DNA from: Vulcanimicrobiota bacterium | GTDB taxonomy: Bacteria; Vulcanimicrobiota; Vulcanimicrobiia; Vulcanimicrobiales; Vulcanimicrobiaceae | Direction: 5' to 3' | Assembly: GCA_963733295.1 (NCBI GenBank) | Contig: CAVTCS010000003.1 | Coordinates: 1,280,001 to 1,344,000 of the forward strand | Length of the DNA stretch: 64,000 nt | Part shown: positions 30,501 through 39,075 of the stretch, piece after piece | How the letters are laid out: each line of letters begins with the position of its first letter | Numbering within the stretch: position 1 is the stretch's first letter | Translations under genes and position numbers: made by a program | Notes under the pieces: generated by a model | Told to the model about the DNA's origin: nothing | What the model saw: only the letters and a program-made list of their open reading frames with translations | Databases searched by the model: none

Positions 30501-31689
30501 AGACGAAGCCCGAGGCAGCGAGCGCCTCGAGCGCCGCGATGAAATGCGAACGCTCCTCATCGGTCAACGTCGCGATCGTGAAGATCTCTTCGAGTTGGTC
30601 GACCACGATGATGAGACGGGCTTGAGCGGTTTCGGTAAGCTGCGCCGCTTTGCCGGCTGCGGCCAGGCCTTGCTCGATACAAACCGATGCCTGCTGCGGT
30701 GCTTCCCGTAACAACGCCGCGAGCCGCCGCTCGGTATAGCGCAGCCCTTCGAGCTCGGGCAGCGCGGTAGCAGCCAGGATCGCAGCCGCTAGCGCGCCGA
30801 CGAGATCGGACGCATTGTCGGAGGGGCGCATGACCGTGTAGCGGCAGAGCGCGACGTCGCCGACCATCCCGGGAAGCATGAGGTCGGGCAGAACCCCGGC
30901 TTTCACGAGCGACGACTTCCCGGAACCGCTCGCGCCCAACACGAGAACGAAGGCTCGACCGCGTGCTTCTTCGGCCGCGAGAAGTTCGCGAACTTCATTA
31001 CGAGCGTGCGTGCGGCCGAAAAAGACCGGTGCATGTTCGAATTCGAAAGACAGGAGCCCGCGGAAGGGCGGCTGATGCCAGCGGATGGCCGCCGAGGGAT
31101 CCTCGGCCCCGACGCGTCGCTCCAGGATCGCGTGCAAGTGCGTATAGAGTTTCTCTTCGAACTCTTCGGTCGTTTCAAAACTTTGCGACGCAGCCGTGAA
31201 GCGGCCGCTCTCCGCCGAGCCGAACCAGCGGCCCATGAAGCCTTCGAGCAAACGCTTCTGCTCGCGCCGTCGCTCGAGTTCGGTATCGTCGTCGAGCGAA
31301 ACGCTAACGGCGTGGGTCTTGCGATAGAGCATCAGATCCGGGGCGCCGGTATCGCGAGCCGCCTTGAGAGCGTCCTCGAATTCCCATTCGGTTCCGGTGA
31401 CGGGCCGGCCGGAAATCGCGCCGCGATACTCGTCCTCCGGCAGCGAGAGACCCAGCCGCGACCAAAGGATCACGACGACGACGTCCGAGTCGTGAGGCAC
31501 GGGGATGTTGCGGGGATCTTGGAAGTGGTGCGTCGCGACCAGCGGCTCGCGTTCCCACAGCACCGCCTCGACGTGAACGTGATAACCGAACTCGCGATCG
31601 AGTCGAGCCACGATCCGCTCCGCGAGCAGACGCTCGGGCCGTACGTCCGCAGGCGACGAGATGAAAACGCGGATCGTAGCTTTATCCAT
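27517..31689 (-). CDS. NLR-like STAND NTPase: DUF4062/TIR-like N-domain, nSTAND1-like ATPase, TM, 14 WD40 repeats
   Basis: IRVFISSPADV..ER, TGTEWEFEDA, PFRGL..F, Walker A GASGSGKSS, Walker B IIVVDQLEE, TM RRRWTIAAAVILALAVL, 14x LxGH...WD/WS. Confidence 0.9.
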   Translation of the reverse strand: MDKATIRVFISSPADVRPERLLAERIVARLDREFGYHVHVEAVLWEREPLVATHHFQDPRNIPVPHDSDVVVVILWSRLGLSLPEDEYRGAISGRPVTGTEWEFEDALKAARDTGAPDLMLYRKTHAVSVSLDDDTELERRREQKRLLEGFMGRWFGSAESGRFTAASQSFETTEEFEEKLYTHLHAILERRVGAEDPSAAIRWHQPPFRGLLSFEFEHAPVFFGRTHARNEVRELLAAEEARGRAFVLVLGASGSGKSSLVKAGVLPDLMLPGMVGDVALCRYTVMRPSDNASDLVGALAAAILAATALPELEGLRYTERRLAALLREAPQQASVCIEQGLAAAGKAAQLTETAQARLIIVVDQLEEIFTIATLTDEERSHFIAALEALAASGFVWIIATMRSDFFDRLESFPALAELAERDSRYLLLPPSDAEVGQIIREPAREAGLRFEVDPSDNTSLDERIRVAARERDALPLLSFVLDELWRQRTDRGMLTLEAYRSLGGLEGALARRADGEFEALPQEVQSALPRVLRAIVTIGAEGQIAARSAPLARFPAGTPERRLIDAFAAPDARLFVTTADHAGGEPMVRVAHQALLSHWTRAQQCIEENRASLQLEARISDAASRWRAAVQKNRNSLLLAPGLPLEEATDLMRRWGDELPAELRDFIAQSDAAAKAAARRRWTIAAAVILALAVLSVVSTGAFFIAQRERNDALVSQSHFLARDAQNAVNGGDAVLGMLLALQALPKKIAHPDRPFVSDAEYALEDAVANQRERMVLRGHTDAVNSAAFSPDGRRLVSASSDKTVRIWDATSGAQLAVLHGHGDVVNSAVFSPDGRRAVSASSDKTVRVWDATSGAQLAVLRGHGDAVNSAAFSPDGRRVVSGSSDKTVRIWDATSGAQLTVLHGHQDAVNSAAFSPDGRHVVSASSDDTVRIWDATSGAQLAVLRGHQGAIYSAVFSPNGRRIASASKDKTVRIWDARDGAQLAVLRGHDERVNSAAFSSDGRRVISASNDRSVRVWDAASGAQLAVLRGHEDWVNSAMFSPDERRVVSASQDKTVRMWSTSSAAEIAVLRGHSDAVYSAAFSPDSRFVVSASGDKTVRLWDASSDAQLAVLRGHNGAVFTALFSPDGRRVVSASEDKTVRLWDALSGAQLRVLRGHGNWVYSAAFSPDGRRVVSASSDRTVRLWDASSGAQLRVLRGHGDTVYYAAFSPDGRRVVSASADKTVRVWDASSGAQLNVLRGHKNWVFSAVFSSDGRRIVSASRDDTVRIWDATTGAQLAVLRGHQNRVNFAAFSPDGRRVISASRDQTVRLWDAQSGAEVAVLSGHDDWVDSAMFSTDGRRVVSASGDRTIRLWSVPPHDQALINAANSAVPRRLSDAQRAQEFLESSP
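27622..29358 (-). repeat. Fourteen 126-bp WD40-coding tandem repeats
   Basis: 42-aa period; the first four repeats are very similar at DNA level. Confidence 0.9.
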
Positions 31690-31720
31690 CGGTCTCCGGG
31701 GGCATGTGAACAGCCACGGG

Positions 31721-31745
31721 AAAAAGCCCGCGATGTGCGGGCTTT
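31721..31745 (-). terminator. Intrinsic terminator after tRNA-Met
   Basis: AAAGCCCGC-ACATC-GCGGGCTTTTT on the minus strand. Confidence 0.8.
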
Positions 31746-31790
31746 GCGCTAACGAAGCTCTAGGCTTGCACTTCGCTCGCGCGATGAGAT

Positions 31791-31865
31791 TGGTGACTCG
31801 GGCAGGATTTGAACCTGCGACCTAGGGCTTATGAGTCCCCCGCTCTACCGCTGAGCTACCGAGCC
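31791..31865 (-). tRNA. tRNA with CAT anticodon, probably elongator tRNA-Met
   Basis: G1-C72 paired (not initiator), loop CTCATAA, GGTTCAAATCC, encoded ACCA end; Ile2 not fully excluded. Confidence 0.88.
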
Positions 31866-32039
31866 GGGCCGCGTGCAACATCGTCTCCTCGGCAACCCAG
31901 GCCTTGGAGACAGGGCGGGCGCGCTCCTTGCACGGGAGCCGGGCTTCTCGCTTCTCGATGCGTCGCGAGTGGCGATCGGTTGCACCGCAATGCGCTCCAA
32001 AGAAGCGAGAAACGCCGTCGTGCGGCGCTTTGCTCAACA

Positions 32040-32113
32040 TGCGGTCGGAGGGACTCGAACCCCCAACCTACAAGTTCGTAGCCTGTTGCTCTATCCAATT
32101 GAGCTACGACCGC
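32040..32113 (-). tRNA. tRNA-Arg(ACG)
   Basis: GCGGTCG acceptor stem, ACAGG-CTACGAA-CTTGT anticodon arm. Confidence 0.95.
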
Positions 32114-32134
32114 ACGCGTTTTGGAGACACACTT

Positions 32135-32224
32135 CGGAGAGAGAGGGATTCGAACCCTCGATACACTTTAACAGCGTATAACGGTTTAGCAAACCGCCGC
32201 CTTCAGCCGCTCGGCCATCTCTCC
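32135..32224 (-). tRNA. tRNA-Ser(GCT)
   Basis: GGAGAGA acceptor stem, GCGGT-TTGCTAA-ACCGT anticodon arm, long variable arm, G73. Confidence 0.95.
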
Positions 32225-32324
32225 CAGACTCCAAATCGCTCCTTCGTTTCCGTTGTCGACGGCACCGCGGCCGCCAGGACGGCCGATTCTCGGCCGCCAC
32301 GCGCTGTGCCTGCGCCTTCCCTCC

Positions 32325-32729
32325 TTAGCGAGCCGCCTGCAGGCGAGCCGCATCGAACGTCATCTGGACGCGCGTGCCGTGGCCGGTTTCGATCGTGACG
32401 TTTCGCGCGATCGAGCGGACGATCCGAAGCCCGAAACCGCGATCGGGCAGGCGTTCGCGCTCGATGAACCGGCCCTCGTCGTACACGTCGATCGCGAGCG
32501 TGCCGTTCTCACCGAAACGTGCCAGCATCTCTATATGGTTATGCGAAGGATCGTCGTACGCGTGCTCGACGGAATTCGCCAAAACCTCGCCGACTGCGAG
32601 CAAGACGTCTTCGAGGAAGTCGGGGTTCAGCGCGAAGACATCGAGGAAGGCTCGCAGCGCGTGACGCAGCTCGCGCGGCGCCGTCGGATCGGCGCTGCGA
32701 ACGATGCGAAGTTCCGAGCGTCCGATCAC
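32325..32729 (-). CDS. Anti-sigma factor / Ser kinase (RsbW-like HATPase)
   Basis: DVLLAVGEVLANSVEHAY, V.DEGRF, RGFGLRIV, GTRV; GTGA overlap with the STAS gene. Confidence 0.88.
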   Translation of the reverse strand: MIGRSELRIVRSADPTAPRELRHALRAFLDVFALNPDFLEDVLLAVGEVLANSVEHAYDDPSHNHIEMLARFGENGTLAIDVYDEGRFIERERLPDRGFGLRIVRSIARNVTIETGHGTRVQMTFDAARLQAAR

Positions 32730-33055
32730 GTTGTCGGCCGTGTCCCGAGGTAGGTCAGCGCAGCCGCGCGGTCCTCGAAAACTTGGAACATCGCGGGCAA
32801 TCCCGCATATTCCAGGAGCCTCGCGAACTGCCGGTTCCCGATGAGCAGCGCAACGTTCACTCCCTTGGTATCGGCTTCGCGGTGGAAGCGCATGAGTTCG
32901 GCTAAGGCGGTCGAGTCCGCGTACGTTACCCCGCTGCAATCGATCAAGAACGACGTCGCCTCATCGCTCAGCTGCAGCGCGCTCCGGATCTCGCCCTTGC
33001 GGCTCAACTCGAGCTCGCCCCTCAAGACGATCACCCCGATGTAGGCGGGCTTCAT
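32726..33055 (-). CDS. STAS-domain anti-sigma-factor antagonist
   Basis: LRGELEL, IDCSGVTYADSTAL, RLLE.AGL...F. Confidence 0.88.
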   Translation of the reverse strand: MKPAYIGVIVLRGELELSRKGEIRSALQLSDEATSFLIDCSGVTYADSTALAELMRFHREADTKGVNVALLIGNRQFARLLEYAGLPAMFQVFEDRAAALTYLGTRPTT

Positions 33056-34575
33056 GAAGCGATCCCTTCAATGCCGGCCCGGCGTTGGTGGGCCTCCTCG
33101 CTCGCGCGCAACTCCTCGGCGCGTCCGCTGAAGGCAGTCTGCGCGTTGTCGGCCGAGATGACGGCCGCAGCGTCTTTCGCAATGCCAAACCCGATCGTCA
33201 GAATCGCAACGTCGTCGCCGACGGCCCTGTTCGCAAAGATTGCGCGGTGGATGAAGGCGGCTTGATCGTATTCGCCACGTTCGGCCGCTTGCGCCGCGGC
33301 CTCGAGCAGGAGCGCCTCGCCGGCCAAGACGTCGCGTGAGTGTTCCACCGCGCCGTCCGTATACAAGACGAGCGTCGCGCCGGGCACGCTTTGAACGCGC
33401 CGGGTGACGTAACCCGCGAACGCGAGCGCTCCCAGCGGGACCGATCCGCACTCGAGAAAACGCGGACTGCGTCCCGGCTCGAGCAAGATCGGCGGTGGAT
33501 GCCCCGCGATCGCAAAGGCAAAGTCGTACGTTCTTGCGTCGGCGATGCCGGCGATGGCCGTGACGAGTCGCGAGCCTTGTCGTGCGATCTCGGCATTGAC
33601 CCGGCTCAACATCGAAGCGGGATCCGCATCCAGCAGTGCCGCCGAGATAAGCGACTGCCGCGCGCGGTTCATCGTAACCGCGGCTTCGATTCCGTGTCCG
33701 GTGACATCGCCGATTGCAAAGAGCACACGGTTGTTGGGGAGCGCCATGGCATCGTACCAATCCCCGCCCACCTTCGTGCCTTCCGTCGCCGGAACGTAGC
33801 TGGCACTGAAACGCAGCGGCTCGAGCAAAGGCAGAGGGCGCTGCGTAAAGGCTTCCTGCAACGTGTCCGCGACGCGCTTCTCAGCTTCGTAGGCGGCGTG
33901 CAATTCAGCTCGCTCCCGGCGTTCTTCGGCGGCGGTCCGTTCTTGTTCGGCTAGCCTGGCGGCGGCGCGGATCGCGAATGCCCCGTAAGCGATGGCGCCG
34001 AGCGCGAGCAATCCCATGAAGATCCCGAAGAAGATATTGATACGATCGATCGACTTCCCGACTTCCACGGTAATATTCTGGCTGTGAAGTTCGAGGACGG
34101 AATCGATGCTCGCAAAATCTGAGCGATAACGATCCATGAGCTGCTTGCCGTAGGCTTGGACGCGCAGCGCGTTGCCGCGCGGATTCGCCAAGACCGGCTT
34201 CGCCACTCGTTGCGTCCAAGTTGCGCTCGTTTTACGCGCGTCGTCGAGAAAGGGTAACGCGTCCGCATAGCCGGCACTCTGAAGCGCGCTTTGTAACCGC
34301 GCGAACGTCCGCTGGAGTGGAGCGAACGCTTCCGCATACGGTTCGAGGAACTCGCGGTCACCGGTCGCTGCGAGCCCTCGGATCCCGGTTTCCTGGTCGA
34401 GCTGCAGCTTCACCGCAGCGTCGGTCAGCTCTTTGATCTGATAGGCGGCCTCATAGGCCGAAAAGGCGTTGGCGACGTAACGACGCGCGAGCAAACCGGA
34501 CGTAACGAGAAGCAGCAAGGCGAGGAAGGCGGCCGCAGCAGTCAGCCAGAGCGAACGCCTGGCGGGAGCGATCAT
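33052..34575 (-). CDS. CHASE3-sensor PP2C/SpoIIE phosphatase (RsbU-like)
   Basis: TM, DQETGIRG..ATGD..FLEPY (CHASE3), TM, VGGDWYD, IGDVTGHG, AGHPPP, LYTDG, DDVAIL. Confidence 0.9.
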   Translation of the reverse strand: MIAPARRSLWLTAAAAFLALLLLVTSGLLARRYVANAFSAYEAAYQIKELTDAAVKLQLDQETGIRGLAATGDREFLEPYAEAFAPLQRTFARLQSALQSAGYADALPFLDDARKTSATWTQRVAKPVLANPRGNALRVQAYGKQLMDRYRSDFASIDSVLELHSQNITVEVGKSIDRINIFFGIFMGLLALGAIAYGAFAIRAAARLAEQERTAAEERRERAELHAAYEAEKRVADTLQEAFTQRPLPLLEPLRFSASYVPATEGTKVGGDWYDAMALPNNRVLFAIGDVTGHGIEAAVTMNRARQSLISAALLDADPASMLSRVNAEIARQGSRLVTAIAGIADARTYDFAFAIAGHPPPILLEPGRSPRFLECGSVPLGALAFAGYVTRRVQSVPGATLVLYTDGAVEHSRDVLAGEALLLEAAAQAAERGEYDQAAFIHRAIFANRAVGDDVAILTIGFGIAKDAAAVISADNAQTAFSGRAEELRASEEAHQRRAGIEGIAS

Positions 34576-34723
34576 GCGCTGGAACGTTCCCAACCGAGTT
34601 CGTTGCTGCCCACTCTTCGCAATATCCTTACCGCTTCGAAGAACTCCTACGCCCGGGGGCAATGGCTCCCGAACCTGCCGAGCGGTGGGTGATCGGCGCG
34701 GAACGTGGAATGCGGACGCGCCG

Positions 34724-35461
34724 ATGGTTGCCGCAATAACCGCGGGGGGCCGCGTGGACGGCGAACTCGCTGCCGCGCTGGGGACCCCTATCAAGGCTTT
34801 GGCGCGCGTCGGCGCCGGAACGCTCCTCGACACGGCGATCGCAGCAGCGCGCGGCAGCGGCGCGGCGCGCGTCGCCGTGATCGGCGGAGCCGAGGTCCGC
34901 GGCCACTGCGCGAGCACGGTCGACGCGGTCGTCGACGAGTCGATTGACGGCGGCGAAAACTTGCGGCGTGCCTTCGGCGAGGCCGCCGACGCGCCGCTCT
35001 TGCTCCTGGCCAGCGATCTTCCATTCGTCGCCGCCGCTTCAATCGCAGCCTTCCTCGCGGCCGCTCGCGGAGCCGATCTAGCGATGCCTCTCGCCGACGC
35101 TGACGCGTATCGCGCAGCGTTCCCCGGCGCACCGGCCCACGACGCGAACCTCGCGGGCGAGCGCGTCGTCAACGGCAGCGTCTTTTATTTCGGTCCGGGC
35201 GTCGCGTCGCGCGTTCTGACGGTAGCACAGCAGCTCTTCGCGGCGCGCAAGAACTCGCTTGGGATGGCGCGGCTGCTCGGGACGCGCCTCCTCGTGCGAT
35301 TTGCCCTGGGGCGCTTGCGGGTTGAAGACATCGAGGCACGCGCCTTCGAGCGCCTCAGTCTTCGGGCACGGGCGGTGCGAGGCTCGGGACCCGACCTTTG
35401 CTACGACATCGATACGCTGACCGACTATCGCTACGCAGTCGCTCGTGCCGCGCGCGGCTGA
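34724..35461 (+). CDS. MobA-like NTP transferase
   Basis: AAITAGG, KAL..V.., LLLASDLPF, YDIDT..D. Confidence 0.8.
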   Translation: MVAAITAGGRVDGELAAALGTPIKALARVGAGTLLDTAIAAARGSGAARVAVIGGAEVRGHCASTVDAVVDESIDGGENLRRAFGEAADAPLLLLASDLPFVAAASIAAFLAAARGADLAMPLADADAYRAAFPGAPAHDANLAGERVVNGSVFYFGPGVASRVLTVAQQLFAARKNSLGMARLLGTRLLVRFALGRLRVEDIEARAFERLSLRARAVRGSGPDLCYDIDTLTDYRYAVARAARG

Positions 35462-36626
35462 CCCCGCGCGGCTCTGCGCGTTCAACGCCGGCATCCAACT
35501 GGTGTGGGGCGCGCTCTTGGCGGTCTCGCTGCAGAGCCGCAGCATCGAGCTCGAACCAGGCAACGGCTTGCGCGCCTACGCCGCGATTGCAGCGGCCGGT
35601 GCGCTCGTCGGGACGCTCGTTCAACTCGGCGCAGGCGTTGCCGCAGATCGGCGCCGCGCGGTCGTCGGACACCGCAGCGAATTCTTCGGCGCCGGCGTCG
35701 CGATCGCGGTCGTCGCGCTGGGATGGTTCTTCCTCGCGCCGAACCTCCTCCAGCTTTCGGGGGCTTTCTTTTTCTTGCAGTTGGGAATGAACGTCGCCGG
35801 CGGTCCGTATCAGGCCGTCATTGCCGACTACGTCGCACCGCGGCGTCGCGGCGAAGCGTCCTCGTGGATGAGCGGATATCAATCCTTCGGGAACGTTCTC
35901 GGTTTGCTCGTGGCGGGTTTCGTGCACGACCTGCGAATCGTCGCGCTCGCGCTCGCGACACCCCTCGTCGCTACCGCCGCCCTTACTCTCGGCGCCATCC
36001 GCGGCTTGCCGCAACAGAACCCGGAACGGGCCGCGCCACTTCGCTTGCGCGGCGCACTGGGCGTCCTTCTCGTATCACGCGGGCTCATCAACGTCGGTTT
36101 CTTTACGCTCTTGGGCTTCCTCTTATTCTTCGTGCGCGACTCGCTCGGCGTGCAAGGCAGCGATGCCGTGAAAACGCAGACCGCGCTCATCTTCATCTGC
36201 TTCACGGTCGCCGCTATCGGTGGAGCAATCGCAGCGGCGCGGCCGGCCGACCGTTACGACAAGCGACTCGTCGTCAGCATTGCAGTGGCGCTGATCGCAA
36301 TCTCTCTGGCGTTTCTGGCCGGTTCGCAGAACGTTGCGGTCGCCTATGCCTGCGCCGTGCTGGCGGGTGCGGCCTGGGGCGCGTTTGTGAGCGCCGATTG
36401 GGCGCTCGCCTCCATCGTGCTGCCGGGCGGCGCGATGGCGACGGCGATGGGCGTTTGGAACGTCGCGACGACCGTGCCGCAAATCGTCGCTCCCCTCTTG
36501 ACGGCGCCGCTCGTCGAGCGCGCAAACGCGAGGTCCGCCGGTCTCGGGCCGCGGCTCGCAATCGTGCTCGCGTTGCTCGAGTTCGTCGCCGGGTCAATCC
36601 TTATTTGGCGCTTGCCGCGCGCATGA
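35445..36626 (+). CDS. MFS transporter
   Basis: About 12 hydrophobic segments, AG..ADRR, ADRYDKR, D.ALA. Confidence 0.85.
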   Translation: MPRAADPARLCAFNAGIQLVWGALLAVSLQSRSIELEPGNGLRAYAAIAAAGALVGTLVQLGAGVAADRRRAVVGHRSEFFGAGVAIAVVALGWFFLAPNLLQLSGAFFFLQLGMNVAGGPYQAVIADYVAPRRRGEASSWMSGYQSFGNVLGLLVAGFVHDLRIVALALATPLVATAALTLGAIRGLPQQNPERAAPLRLRGALGVLLVSRGLINVGFFTLLGFLLFFVRDSLGVQGSDAVKTQTALIFICFTVAAIGGAIAAARPADRYDKRLVVSIAVALIAISLAFLAGSQNVAVAYACAVLAGAAWGAFVSADWALASIVLPGGAMATAMGVWNVATTVPQIVAPLLTAPLVERANARSAGLGPRLAIVLALLEFVAGSILIWRLPRA

Positions 36627-37752
36627 ACCTGCGGCGCTCGAGCAACTCGACGATGCGTTCGGCCGCCGCTCGCGCCGCTGCAGGGCGCCGCAAGGCTCGC
36701 ATGCTGTCGCGTAACTGCGTCTGACGCTCCTGCGAGGTCAGTACCTCGACGACGGCTTGAGCGAGATTGCGTTCGCCGCGGGCCCGGATCGCTGCTCTCC
36801 TCGAAACGAGATAGCGCGTGTTGCGTTCTTCCTGTCCGGGTAGGGGTTTCACGAGCACCATCGGCAGCTGTGCGCTCAAGGCCTCGGACGACGTGAGGCC
36901 GCCCGGTTTCGAAAGCAGCACGTCGCTCGCGTGCATGTAGTCGTAGACGTTGTCCACGAACCCGAAGACGCGCAACGGATATTGAGTGCGCTCCGCGGCC
37001 GCCAACACGCGCCGCTCGAGGCCGCCGTTGCGTCCGACGATGATCGTTCCGGCGAGGGGCAGCTCGATTTGCCCGAGCGCCCGCATCATCAGTTCGAGCG
37101 GGCCGATGCCGAGGCCGCCGGCCATCATCAGCACGTTCGCGCGGTCGGCCGGTAAGCCGAGCGCGGCCCGCAGTTCGCCGGCCGGAAGGCGTGGCCGTTC
37201 GAAGCGCGCGTCGACCGGAATGCCCGAAACGAGAATCCGTTCGCGCTCGACGCCGCGAGCCAACAGCGTTTGGCGCATCTCGCTGGTTGCGACCGCATAC
37301 GCGTCGACGTTCGGATAAATCCAGAATGGATGCACGACGAAATCTGTCACGATGCCGACGACCGGCAACGCGGGATCGAATTGGCGTTTGTATTCCGACA
37401 TCACGCCACACGGAAAGGCGTGCGTGCACACGACGACGTCGGGCTTGCGCTCGTTGACCAGAGCCCGCAGGTTGGCGGCCGTGTATTGGCTGACCCAACG
37501 CCGGAATGCCGGCACGTGGGTCGCGTTCTCGGCGCGATCGTAGATGTAGCGATAGAGCTGAGGGACGGTCTTCACCATGCCGATGTAGCCGTCCGCCACG
37601 ACTTTCGAAAAGATGCTCGCCGCGTACTTATAGGAATCGACGGTCTGCGTTTCGATCTGCGAGTCGATCGCGTCGAGGGCCGAGCGCACGGCGTTCGCTG
37701 CGGCCGTGTGACCGACGCCTACGCTCGCCGAGAGAAACAGGACGCGCGCCAA
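36601..37752 (-). CDS. MGDG synthase / UgtP-like GT28 glycosyltransferase
   Basis: SASVGVGH..AA, VVCTHAFP, IVTDF..H.FW, SKPGGLTSSEAL, PGQEERN. Confidence 0.92.
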   Translation of the reverse strand: MARVLFLSASVGVGHTAAANAVRSALDAIDSQIETQTVDSYKYAASIFSKVVADGYIGMVKTVPQLYRYIYDRAENATHVPAFRRWVSQYTAANLRALVNERKPDVVVCTHAFPCGVMSEYKRQFDPALPVVGIVTDFVVHPFWIYPNVDAYAVATSEMRQTLLARGVERERILVSGIPVDARFERPRLPAGELRAALGLPADRANVLMMAGGLGIGPLELMMRALGQIELPLAGTIIVGRNGGLERRVLAAAERTQYPLRVFGFVDNVYDYMHASDVLLSKPGGLTSSEALSAQLPMVLVKPLPGQEERNTRYLVSRRAAIRARGERNLAQAVVEVLTSQERQTQLRDSMRALRRPAAARAAAERIVELLERRRFMRAASAK

Positions 37753-37773
37753 GTTACCCGTACGTCCGGCGGC

Positions 37774-38058
37774 TCAATTTTCGGGTTCTTCTGCGGGGGC
37801 GGCCTCTTCCGAAAAGACGCGAAAATCGTCGAGGATCTCTTGCGCAAGCTCGTCATCGGCGAGCAGCGCGCCCATTTCATCGGTGACGATGAACTCATCG
37901 ATCGCCTCGCTATAGCCGACGGCGTAACCGTTCTGTTCTTCGTCTTCGACGATGCCCACGATCTCGTACTCGACCTTCTTCCCATCCGTCGTCCCCACCA
38001 CGATGACGTCGTTCAACTCGACCTTGCCCTCGTGGCTCTCACCGTTGTGGTTGTCCGT
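37774..38058 (-). CDS. Small acidic DUF1292-like protein
   Basis: Acidic ORF next to mltG/ruvX; strong SD AGGAGG 5 nt before an in-frame ACG (alternative start TTG 38016). Confidence 0.6.
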   Translation of the reverse strand, partial: TDNHNGESHEGKVELNDVIVVGTTDGKKVEYEIVGIVEDEEQNGYAVGYSEAIDEFIVTDEMGALLADDELAQEILDDFRVFSEEAAPAEEPEN

Positions 38059-38067
38059 GACTCCCTC

Positions 38068-39075
38068 CTAGCGCAGGTAGCGGGCGACGTTCGCTTCGTG
38101 TTCCGCCAGCGTTCGCGAAAACGCGTGATGTCCATTTTGCTTGGAAACGTAGTAGAGATAGTCGGACGGCCGCGGATAAAACGCGGCCCAGAGCGACGGG
38201 CGGCCCGGGTTCGCGATCGCGGTCGGCGGCAAACCGCGATGTTTGTACGTGTTGTAGGGAGAGTCGCTGGCGAGATCGGCGTAGGTGATGACGTCCTTGT
38301 GGTGCGGAAACGTATACTCGATCGTCGCGTCGACCTGCAGCGGCATGCCGCGCCGTAAGCGATTGTAGTAGACTCCGGCGATCAGAGGCCGCTCGTCGTC
38401 GGCCTGGGCCTCGCGCTCGACGAGCGATGCTAGCGTAACGACCTGTGGTACGCTCAGGTGCAGATGTTTGGCGCGAGCTGCTGCGTCGCGCGGCAGCTCG
38501 GTGCGGAATTGATCGGTCATTATCTTCGCCACCGCCGCGGGCGTCGCCCCGACGGGCACGAGATAGGTCTCCGGGAACAGAAAGCCCTCGAGCGATTTGG
38601 AGCTCGCGCCGTCGATCCGCAGCGGCGTCGTCAGGAAGTAACTCTCGAAACCCGCCGCCTCGCCCACACCGCGCGCGTCGAGCGTCGAGGCGATCTCCCG
38701 TGCCGTGAAGCCCTCCGGGATCGTCACCCAGACTGCGACCTGCTCGCCGCCCGCGACCAGCTGGCCCAAGACCTCGTCGAGCGTCCGATGAGCATCGAAA
38801 CGGTACTCACCGGCTTTCATCCGCGTTTGTGCGCCGCGCAGTCGCACCAAGAGCCGAAAGGCATCGCTCGAAGCGATGACGCGGTCCGCGGCGAGCAGAT
38901 CGGCGACTTCGCGCGCGCTCGTTCCTTGCGGGATGAGCGTGACCGTGGGAGCAGCCGGCAACGAACGGTCGTAGGCCGTGGCGCGGACGAACCAGAAAAC
39001 GAACAGCCCGAAAACGGCGAGCAAGACGGCCGCGACCGCGCGCAGCAGGCGTCGAAGGTTCACGCGCGGGAACAC
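38068..39075 (-). CDS. mltG: Endolytic transglycosylase MltG
   Basis: VTIPEG, LEGFLFPETY, ASLVERE, LQVDAT, SPYNTY..GLPP.AI.NPG. Confidence 0.95.
   Translation of the reverse strand: MFPRVNLRRLLRAVAAVLLAVFGLFVFWFVRATAYDRSLPAAPTVTLIPQGTSAREVADLLAADRVIASSDAFRLLVRLRGAQTRMKAGEYRFDAHRTLDEVLGQLVAGGEQVAVWVTIPEGFTAREIASTLDARGVGEAAGFESYFLTTPLRIDGASSKSLEGFLFPETYLVPVGATPAAVAKIMTDQFRTELPRDAAARAKHLHLSVPQVVTLASLVEREAQADDERPLIAGVYYNRLRRGMPLQVDATIEYTFPHHKDVITYADLASDSPYNTYKHRGLPPTAIANPGRPSLWAAFYPRPSDYLYYVSKQNGHHAFSRTLAEHEANVARYLR

Noticed and set aside
32325..34575. CHASE3-PP2C / STAS / kinase trio as a novel system
   Set aside because: Standard RsbU-RsbV-RsbW-type partner-switching architecture.
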